34,846 nucleotides of DNA. Source: Candidatus Bathyarchaeia archaeon (GTDB lineage Archaea > Thermoproteota > Bathyarchaeia > Bathyarchaeales > Bathycorpusculaceae). Below, piece after piece: positions 1-6,846 of this stretch (position 1 is its first letter; each line of letters opens with the position of its first letter). Location: positions 1-34,846 of the forward strand of contig JBEKGO010000029.1 in assembly GCA_050012755.1 (NCBI GenBank), given 5' to 3'. The notes under the pieces were generated by a model that made no database searches, was not told the DNA's origin, and saw only the letters and a program-made list of their open reading frames with translations. A program made the position numbers and the translations under genes.

Positions 1-100
1 ATTGGCATTTTTCTATGAGGTACTTTGGTATCTCGCTGCTATCGCGTGGTCCAACGAGGACTTTCCAACCGCTGAGCTCTTCGATTTCGCCGCTGATACG
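1..100 (-). repeat. Displaced copy 3 of the cdhE 3' end (gene fragment, truncated by the window edge)
   Basis: Reverse strand reads RISGEIEELSGWKVLVGPRDSSEIPKYLIEKCQ, matching the C-terminus of CdhE (2194-2298). By hand count: 8 synonymous codon changes, W->C, and a changed first base in the last partial codon. No upstream cdhE sequence. Confidence 0.95.
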
Positions 101-118
101 TCATAAGATGGAATTGAA

Positions 119-480
119 TTAAGAGATTATTCTGATTCTCTTTTTTGTGATTATGAGAAGCTTGTTTTGAGTTTCGATTTTTCTTATTTTTTCTAGTGCA
201 GCATCGAGAATTCTAATGATGTTTTCGGCAGTCGTTGGGTTTGCTTTTACGAGTAAAACGGTTATCCTGCCTCTGAAGATATTATGGTATAACCGAGCAA
301 AGTCGGAGTCTAAGGTTAAAACTTGCATTCCTTTTTTAGCAACATATGCAGAGCTATAACTGAGTCTTTAGCGCTTTTCAGGAAATCCTCAGACAGACTA
401 AGAGTTTTGAAGCCTCGCATATTCAGATATTTAGTGACGCTTTCAGGAATATTTTCGTCCACTATTATTGTTTGCGCCAA
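119..480 (-). pseudogene. DUF5615/PIN-like toxin, frameshifted near 349-352
   Basis: From TTG at 480: MAQTIIVDENIPESVTKYLNMRGF...KSAKDSVIA, then the frame closes (TAA). The -1 frame continues AYVAKKGMQVLTLDSDF (ORF 119..328). The DEN...D...LTxDxDF pattern is typical of DUF5615 PIN-like proteins, and the gene lies directly downstream of DUF433. Confidence 0.8.
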
Positions 481-498
481 TTTACTTTTGTCTTCTTT

Positions 499-726
499 TT
501 AGAATGTGACTGTAACTTCGCCTTCTACAAGTTTGGAAGCATAAAGTAGCGCTGCTTTGATGTCTTCTTCTTTTAGCCGCGGGTATTCCTTGAGTATTTC
601 TTTAATTGGCATTCCATTAGCTACAAGCTCAACTATGAGATACACTGGGATGCGGGTTCCTCTTATGACGGGCTTTCCGACGAGAACATCAGGATCAACG
701 GTTATCCTGTCAAGCAACTCTTCCAT
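499..726 (-). CDS. DUF433 family antitoxin (HTH)
   Basis: RITVDPDVLVGKPVIRGTRIPV...EILKEYPRLKEEDIKAALLYA is the DUF433 signature. ATG at 726 is preferred over the ORF-track start at 765. Confidence 0.9.
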   Translation of the reverse strand: MEELLDRITVDPDVLVGKPVIRGTRIPVYLIVELVANGMPIKEILKEYPRLKEEDIKAALLYASKLVEGEVTVTF

Positions 727-807
727 GCAAACCACCAGAGCCTTTACTATTGGAGTTACATTCAAGCTACACTTAAATCTCTTGTGAAAAAAATTTTTAA
801 TATCTTG

Positions 808-852
808 ATTGACAAAATAAAGATTGTAAAAAGAAAAAGAAGAAAGGTTGGC
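808..852 (-). terminator. U-rich terminator-like tract after cdhE copy 2
   Basis: A/G-rich on the plus strand (oligo-T on minus) right after the TAA of the copy. Shares ATTGACAAAA (808-817) with the tract after native cdhE (2158-2167). Confidence 0.5.
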
Positions 853-951
853 TTATGGTTGCCATTTCTCTATGAGATACTTGGGTATCTCACTGCTGTC
901 TCTTGGGCCGACCATTACTTTCCAGCCACTGAGCTCTTCGATTTCGCCGCT
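853..951 (-). repeat. Displaced copy 2 of the cdhE 3' end including stop codon
   Basis: Reverse strand reads SGEIEELSGWKVMVGPRDSSEIPKYLIEKWQP*. By hand count: 9 synonymous codon changes and one L->M relative to native cdhE. Confidence 0.95.
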
Positions 952-973
952 TGTGCTCTTGCTTTACGTGGGA

Positions 974-1003
974 ACTTACGTCCCATAAGTACTTACACCC
1001 CAT
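974..1003. repeat. Tandem 17-bp palindromic units at the 3' end of the ATPase gene
   Basis: ACTTACGTCCCATAAGT (974-990) plus partial ACTTACACCCCAT (991-1003). The partial unit supplies the last codons and the stop of the ATPase. Confidence 0.9.
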
Positions 1004-2072
1004 CCGCGCCTGTTAGGAGAAGTGAGCGAAGCATTGGGTCCCCGACCCGGTACCTGCCATTTTCCTCCATTATCAACATGCCAGCTTTAAGGTTCTCGAT
1101 TATCCTATAAACAGTGGAATCATTGACCATTGAACCTTTAACTATGGAAACTGCACCCTTTATCTCTGTCCAACTGGAAAAAGCAGCTGCTGCTTTTAAT
1201 GCTGCAAGGTATGCGTGGCGGTCTCTATTCTGGAAGAAGTGTTCAAGTTCAGCATTGACTATTCTGAAAGCTTCTGTAGTGGTTTCTTCGATTGCTTTTT
1301 CGTTTGATAGACGTTGGACACATACCTTGTTTCCGTAGAGTGTTAGCCATCCAGGAATACCATCTAAGCGTTCAACAGCACCGTTTATCATACCGCTGGA
1401 AAAGGCTATCCCAAATTCCATGAACCCTTTCTTTAGAAAAAGACTAGAGTGTTCTTGATCAAAAGGCTGCACGTTAAGAATGGCAGGTGAACGCCCATAA
1501 AGTGGAGAAGCGGAATCGGGCTCAAGAAGCGTTTTCATCAAGCCAAACATGGATCCTGTGAAGACAAACGTTACGTTTGGGTGAGTGTTAAACAGGTTTG
1601 CCAAAATCTTGAGCAAGCGTCCTGATATGGCGATGAGTTCTTGTACTTCGTCAAGCTGGATTACATATTCTTCTTTTTGCCGTCCAAGAGCATCAAGTAG
1701 GTCCCATAATGTTGTCATTGGTTTTTTGGAAAGATTTATGCTTAAACCAGTTGACCCAACGGTCGCACCTTCGATTTTTACGCTTTTAATTTTGTGAATT
1801 ATGCTTTTGTCTTCATTCAACGCTCGAGCCAGTGCTTTTAGAAAGTCATTGGTTCCTTTTGCGCCCCATAGGTTAACATATAGCACTTTTTTGTTCTTTC
1901 GCGTTAGTATGGCGCCAGCTGCTTTGAGCAGGCTTGTTTTGCCAACCATTCTTGGGCCTAGAATAGCAACCCATCTTCTTGCTTGGATTAAGCGCACAAG
2001 GTCTTCGAGTTCTTGTTCGCGACCGAAAAGTTCCTTAGGCGATTCTTTTGGGTTAAGGTTAAACAGTGACAT
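993..2072 (-). CDS. Archaeal ATPase family (AAA+/STAND-like P-loop NTPase with probable C-terminal winged helix)
   Basis: LFGREQEL, Walker A GPRMVGKTS, Walker B IQLDEVQ, FTGS, SPLYGR, DGIPGWL, C-terminal YRVGDPML. Confidence 0.9.
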   Translation of the reverse strand: MSLFNLNPKESPKELFGREQELEDLVRLIQARRWVAILGPRMVGKTSLLKAAGAILTRKNKKVLYVNLWGAKGTNDFLKALARALNEDKSIIHKIKSVKIEGATVGSTGLSINLSKKPMTTLWDLLDALGRQKEEYVIQLDEVQELIAISGRLLKILANLFNTHPNVTFVFTGSMFGLMKTLLEPDSASPLYGRSPAILNVQPFDQEHSSLFLKKGFMEFGIAFSSGMINGAVERLDGIPGWLTLYGNKVCVQRLSNEKAIEETTTEAFRIVNAELEHFFQNRDRHAYLAALKAAAAFSSWTEIKGAVSIVKGSMVNDSTVYRIIENLKAGMLIMEENGRYRVGDPMLRSLLLTGADGV

Positions 2073-2076
2073 TTGA

Positions 2077-2117
2077 ACTTACACCCCATAAGTACTTACG
2101 TCCCATAAGTATAAAAA
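2077..2117 (-). promoter_or_regulatory. ATPase promoter/operator: two 17-bp ACTTA-N7-TAAGT palindromes between a TATA-like box and the ATG
   Basis: ACTTACACCCCATAAGT (2077-2093) and ACTTACGTCCCATAAGT (2094-2110). TTTTTATA on minus at 2110-2117. GGGGTG inside the proximal unit could serve as the RBS. Confidence 0.65.
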
Positions 2118-2157
2118 GTAATTAAAAGAAAAAACAGTAATAAGCAAAATATGTTTA

Positions 2158-2193
2158 ATTGACAAAAAAGAAACAAAGAAAGAAAAGGCTAGT
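2158..2193 (-). terminator. U-rich terminator-like tract after cdhE
   Basis: Oligo-T runs on the minus strand immediately after the last gene of the cdh cluster. Confidence 0.5.
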
Positions 2194-3618
2194 TTATGGT
2201 TGCCATTTCTCTATGAGATACTTTGGTATCTCGCTGCTGTCGCGAGGTCCAACAAGGACTTTCCAGCCGCTGAGCTCTTCGATTTCGCCACTGATTCTTG
2301 AGGCTTTGCCTGGGATGATGATTTTGCGGTGCTTGACTTTGCTCTCGATTCCTGAGGCTTTGATTGCATCTGCGACTCGTTCGGCTGTTAGTTTCCGTCC
2401 TGCGACTCCGCTGTCGATGGCTGAGCCTTCTGTTTCTACGACAATTAGGTAGGCGTTGATTTTGTTGCTTTCGAGGTCCGAGGCTACGGTGTAGTATGTT
2501 AACGCAAAGTTTGTGGTGAACATGACCGGTGAGTTTTCGTCTGGTGTACCGTACACTTTAAGTCCTGGTGCCACTGCTACTGGTTTACGTGGGTCAGTGT
2601 AGATGTTTTGGCGAAGTACTGCTGTGGGTAATAGTGACCATCCGTTGTCGCCGTGCATAATGAGAACATCTGCATATCGGACAACAAGCATTGAAGCTAT
2701 GTAGGCTTCGCGCCATTTGATCAGGTCTTCCGCTGTGTCGCCTTTGTCTACCCAAGCAACCATTGGAACACCCAACAAGGGTAAGCCGGCTAGTTCTTCT
2801 CCGCCTTTAGTTGCTGCTCTGCGTAAAATTGTAAAGTTGTTTATTGTGTCTGTTAATCCTTCATTTGTGAACGTGCCCGGGTCAAGAACTATATCTTTTA
2901 CGCCGTAGGTGATCAAAGTTTTTGCTAAGGAAACAAGTCCAGTTAAGTCGTTTGGTGAGGATGCAACTAGTGGGCAATCGTACATTATGGCGAGTTCTGC
3001 CATGTCTTTCCAGTTGCTTGCAGTTGCGGCATAGAGTAGAGGCCTTGCTTTTGGTGCCGCCATCAAGCCTGCTTCAGCTACTGCAGGGTTAAGTGCACAA
3101 AGTATCATGGGCATCTTTGTGGTTTCTGAGACTTTCTTGACGGTTGCTTTGAATTTGTCTGCGTCGTCTGATGCGCTTCTGACTGCGATCATGTCTAGTT
3201 TAAGTGTGTTGCCGATGTATTCGAAGCTAAAGTTATCTGCATGTTGCACTCTCGTGACAACTTCTTGCTCTGGCATATCATCGCTTACGTCGATTGCGAT
3301 GGCTGTCGGGTTTTTGTAGGTGAATTCGTGGCGGTACATGACAAGTTTTCCGCCGATTTTCTTTGCTTTGTCGCCAACGCCGACAATGATTTCTTTGACA
3401 GCTGGCTTCAGAAGTTCTTTGAGTTTAGCGTAGGATTTCTCGTATTCTTTCTTTAGTAGCGGTTTGCAACTGTCAAGTTCTAATTCGCGGTTTACAATTT
3501 TTGTGGCAAATGCCATGCAGTTGTCTACACCGCATTCTTTGCAGTTAATTTTGGGTAAGAGCTTGTAAATGTCTATGGGGCTTAATTCTTTTAATCCAGC
3601 TTTCTTTTTCTCGCTCAT
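2194..3618 (-). CDS. cdhE: ACDS gamma subunit (corrinoid Fe-S protein large subunit)
   Basis: DIYKLLPKINCKECGVDNCMAFA Fe-S motif, RQNIYTDPRKP, TTNFALTYYTV, GWKVLVGPRDSS. Start chosen at ATG 3618 (alternative 3627). Confidence 0.97.
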   Translation of the reverse strand: MSEKKKAGLKELSPIDIYKLLPKINCKECGVDNCMAFATKIVNRELELDSCKPLLKKEYEKSYAKLKELLKPAVKEIIVGVGDKAKKIGGKLVMYRHEFTYKNPTAIAIDVSDDMPEQEVVTRVQHADNFSFEYIGNTLKLDMIAVRSASDDADKFKATVKKVSETTKMPMILCALNPAVAEAGLMAAPKARPLLYAATASNWKDMAELAIMYDCPLVASSPNDLTGLVSLAKTLITYGVKDIVLDPGTFTNEGLTDTINNFTILRRAATKGGEELAGLPLLGVPMVAWVDKGDTAEDLIKWREAYIASMLVVRYADVLIMHGDNGWSLLPTAVLRQNIYTDPRKPVAVAPGLKVYGTPDENSPVMFTTNFALTYYTVASDLESNKINAYLIVVETEGSAIDSGVAGRKLTAERVADAIKASGIESKVKHRKIIIPGKASRISGEIEELSGWKVLVGPRDSSEIPKYLIEKWQP

Positions 3619-3632
3619 CTCAACCATGCTCC

Positions 3633-4865
3633 TTAAGCTTTTACTGTTACCCAACTTGCGTATTTTGATGGGTCAGCTTTTTTGCCGCTTGTGAGGTAGT
3701 TTGTAACGTCTTTGAGTGTTTTTACGGCTGCTGGGTGCATCATCATAAATAAGTCGACGCCAGCAAGCAATAGTGTTAGTGCAGTTGTGACTTCCCAAAG
3801 TGGGCCTCTTAGCTCGCGTGGTTCCCATTCAGCAGACATTTTTAGCCAAGCTTCACGGGCTGCCCAAGCGTTTGTCGTTCCAGAGGACATTGGTTGTGCT
3901 AGTTCTGTGTCTCCCATTAAGCCGCCTATTCTTGCACGTTCCATGTTTGTAAATGCATAGTCTAAACCGTAGCCGAGTGCTGCGGTGGTTAAGTCCATGA
4001 TAATGTCTTCCCTGCCAACATAGTCGTAGAGGCGTCTGTTGAGCTCACGTGCCAAGTTGAGATCCATGGGTGTGAATGAGAGGATTGCGTGGCCTGCTTT
4101 CTTGATGAATTTGGCACATTTCTCGACGTCCATGTCGCGTGTGACGGAACTGATAAGGAAGCGCTCGCCTGGAAATTGTGCACATACTTCTTCGAAGACA
4201 GCTGTGTCTTTAGCTGGGTCTCCGCATCCGCCGATGACTAGTGGTACATCCACGGCTTGCAGGACTTTTTCGATGGTTTTGCATGCGTCCTTTGGCGATG
4301 CGTCTTTGAGTAGTGGGTCAACACTGATTAAGTGCATAGTGACCATGTCTGCGCCGAATTTTTCAACTGCAAGTTTTGCCCATGCTGCTGGGTCGCCGAC
4401 GACGTCTTTAACGTGCATCTTAACGGCTTTGCTTAAGGGAACTTCCATGTCGAAAACGTCAAGTGTGATTACTGGTTTATGAGTTATTGGTGCTTCAAAA
4501 GTGTAGAAAGCGGGAGAAACTTCTCCACCTATGGTGAGTGATTTTCCGCGTGTACCACCGTTCTTCCTTGTTGCCCCGAGTGTTACTTCAGCGATTTTGT
4601 TTGGGTAGGTTTCGATTGGTGGTAGGAACGGTACCTGCAAAATTGAAATTGGTTTTCCGCCTGCTACTGCGCCTGGAAGCTTTAGTTTGGGCATTATTTG
4701 CCCAGCCATTCCGGGTTCAAAGATTATTTCTAAGTCTTTGACGCCCATTTGGAAGTCTTCCAGCTCAATTTGCTGGAATTTGGCGAGTGCTTCAAGCAAG
4801 TCGTCGCTTAGTTTTAGTCCTTCAACGTCTTTTTTGTCTTTGTCGTTTTGGGACGTGAAAATCAC
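3633..4865 (-). CDS. cdhD: ACDS delta subunit (corrinoid Fe-S protein small subunit)
   Basis: EVTLGAT..GGTR, DPAAWAK, TAALGYGLDY, NAWAAREAW, MMMHP; position in the cdh cluster. Confidence 0.96.
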   Translation of the reverse strand: MIFTSQNDKDKKDVEGLKLSDDLLEALAKFQQIELEDFQMGVKDLEIIFEPGMAGQIMPKLKLPGAVAGGKPISILQVPFLPPIETYPNKIAEVTLGATRKNGGTRGKSLTIGGEVSPAFYTFEAPITHKPVITLDVFDMEVPLSKAVKMHVKDVVGDPAAWAKLAVEKFGADMVTMHLISVDPLLKDASPKDACKTIEKVLQAVDVPLVIGGCGDPAKDTAVFEEVCAQFPGERFLISSVTRDMDVEKCAKFIKKAGHAILSFTPMDLNLARELNRRLYDYVGREDIIMDLTTAALGYGLDYAFTNMERARIGGLMGDTELAQPMSSGTTNAWAAREAWLKMSAEWEPRELRGPLWEVTTALTLLLAGVDLFMMMHPAAVKTLKDVTNYLTSGKKADPSKYASWVTVKA

Positions 4866-6283
4866 CGTTTGTCTTTGTTATCTTTGCTGTCTTTGACTGT
4901 TGTTATGATGACTTTGTTGGCGTAGATTTTTGCATCTTTGAGTATGATTTTGAATCCGCCAGCCATTATGGGTAGTGTGCCTGCTGTTGCAACTGGCATC
5001 ATTGTGCCTGCTGCTTCTTCGTTAACTTGGACTGCTTGTGCTTCTGGTGCTGGTGCTTCTTCTGCTTCCCATCTTGCAACTACTGGATGATTCTTAGCTT
5101 TCAAGAATGTCTTGAGTTCTTCTACATTCTTTGCGTCTTCTTCAGTCGCAATTTTGTCAACAAGATCTTTCGGTATGAAATCTTTGACTTTTTCTTTGAC
5201 TTCTTTGGGTACCCAGACTATGCGGTTCCATCCACCGTCTGCTGCAAAGAATTTCTTGCTTCTCATGTATTCTATGGACATTCCGTGGAAACCGTCGATT
5301 TGTCTTCCACCTGCTGCTGAGTCCGCGATAGTGCTGAAGGGTAAGCCGTTTACGGCTGCTCCTTTGAAGCTTCTGTTTACTACTGCTAATCCGTCGACTT
5401 CCGGCACATAGAATGTTACTGCTTCGAAGCATCCGCATGAAGTGTGTGGGTGATCAAATGCTGTGTAGAGCCAAACTTGCTGAACTTCGCCCATTGTGCG
5501 TTTCTTGGCGGCTTCGTTGACGCCTGAGAATTCACCTTTTTCTTCGTTGATCATTTCGCCTCTTGGAATTGCGAAGACTGGACCTTTCGGGTCGATGCTT
5601 GCTGAGGCTTTGCCGTCAAACCAGCTGATTGCACCGCAGTTGCTGTATCGTTGAGGTGTGATGATGCAGACGTGGCTTGGTGCGAATGATTGACATAGGG
5701 CACAGCCATAGAAAGTGTCGACTTCTGAGTCTTTTAGGCCTCTAGCTTTTGCGTCGCGTGATTCATACGCTTGCATTGCTTCAGGGGTCATTTCCTCTAG
5801 TTTTGCTGGGTCGGTTATGAAGGTAATTTGTACTTTCTCTATGATTGGTAGTTCACTCTTGAATAAGCGGTAGAGAACTTTGCCGATTGGTTCAAAACTG
5901 TTTAAGCCTTTTTGGAATGATTTTTTGCCTATGCGTATCCAGATGTCATAGCGCTGGTTTAGATGCATGAAGCCTTCGATGTAGTTTAGGTAGCCGTGAA
6001 TACGCCTTTCAATAACACCTTCGAGGCCTGCATCGAGTTTTGCTCCTGCAGCTTCAACGAGGATGCCGAATGGGTATGCACCGCCTTCCTTTAGGTCTTT
6101 TAAGTCTGGGCCGATGATGGTGATTTTGCCATCTTCGACTTCATTCATGGGTTTTACTTTTGCTAATTCAAACTTTTGTTTGACTGTGGGTCCGCCGAGT
6201 TCTACTTGCATGTCGTTTCTTCGGATACGTTCGCCTTCGTATATTACGCCAACTTCAACAGGTATATCTTTAAACATTGACAT
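4862..6283 (-). CDS. cdhC: ACDS beta subunit (acetyl-CoA synthase, A-cluster)
   Basis: GCALCQSFAPSHVC, CGAISW, PHTSCGCFE, ADGGWNRIVW. GGAGG lies upstream of ATG 6283. Confidence 0.97.
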   Translation of the reverse strand: MSMFKDIPVEVGVIYEGERIRRNDMQVELGGPTVKQKFELAKVKPMNEVEDGKITIIGPDLKDLKEGGAYPFGILVEAAGAKLDAGLEGVIERRIHGYLNYIEGFMHLNQRYDIWIRIGKKSFQKGLNSFEPIGKVLYRLFKSELPIIEKVQITFITDPAKLEEMTPEAMQAYESRDAKARGLKDSEVDTFYGCALCQSFAPSHVCIITPQRYSNCGAISWFDGKASASIDPKGPVFAIPRGEMINEEKGEFSGVNEAAKKRTMGEVQQVWLYTAFDHPHTSCGCFEAVTFYVPEVDGLAVVNRSFKGAAVNGLPFSTIADSAAGGRQIDGFHGMSIEYMRSKKFFAADGGWNRIVWVPKEVKEKVKDFIPKDLVDKIATEEDAKNVEELKTFLKAKNHPVVARWEAEEAPAPEAQAVQVNEEAAGTMMPVATAGTLPIMAGGFKIILKDAKIYANKVIITTVKDSKDNKDKR

Positions 6284-6287
6284 TTTT

Positions 6288-6830
6288 TTAATTTCCTCCA
6301 TTAAATTTTGAGGTCATTACTTTGAGATTTGCAGCCCATTCTTCAAGGGTTGCGTTTGGGAAAGACCAACTTGCGTGGACGTGGAACAGGTTGTCGAGAG
6401 TCATGGTTTTTAGGTCTGGTGCAAAATGTTTGAGTCCTGAAAGCATCAATGATTCAACATAGTAAGGTAACCCGACGAACATAACTAGGTCTGGGTGTCC
6501 TTTACCGTCTAAGCCTTGCCATGTTGGATCGACTACTAGGTTGCCTATCTCCATTGCATTCATAAATGCTGCTGGTTGGTATCCACGTTTTAGGAATTCG
6601 CCTACCATGTGGGCTGTGGCTACTACTGGTACTTTGGAGGCGTTAGCGAAATCGATTAGGTATTCGATTAATTGTTTGCCTTCCATGTACCTTTCAGTCG
6701 CGTTGCTTCCCACAATGAGAAGGGGACGTTGAGCTTTTTTGATCATTGCTACTGCTATCTCGGGTTTTTGTATTGGGTTTGCTTTTTTAGTTGAGGCTAT
6801 TTCTCCACATTGCCATGGTTCACAGGACAT
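6288..6830 (-). CDS. cdhB: ACDS epsilon subunit
   Basis: MIKKAQRPLLIVG, WQGLDGKG, ASWSFPN; lies between cdhA and cdhC. Confidence 0.93.
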   Translation of the reverse strand: MSCEPWQCGEIASTKKANPIQKPEIAVAMIKKAQRPLLIVGSNATERYMEGKQLIEYLIDFANASKVPVVATAHMVGEFLKRGYQPAAFMNAMEIGNLVVDPTWQGLDGKGHPDLVMFVGLPYYVESLMLSGLKHFAPDLKTMTLDNLFHVHASWSFPNATLEEWAANLKVMTSKFNGGN

Positions 6831-6846
6831 AGTTTATTTCCTCCAA

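Noticed and set aside
784-1110. Plus-strand ORFs 784..1110 and 2159..2452 with similar basic N-termini
   Set aside because: They are antisense readings of the terminator tract plus the cdhE tail; conservation follows the minus-strand frame.
974-2110. 17-bp units as a CRISPR array or IS terminal inverted repeats
   Set aside because: No spacers, no cas genes and no transposase; the units are in direct orientation and abut each other.
1-2298. cdhE tail copies as diversity-generating retroelement TR/VR pairs
   Set aside because: Differences are mostly synonymous and not adenine-specific, and no reverse transcriptase is present in the window.
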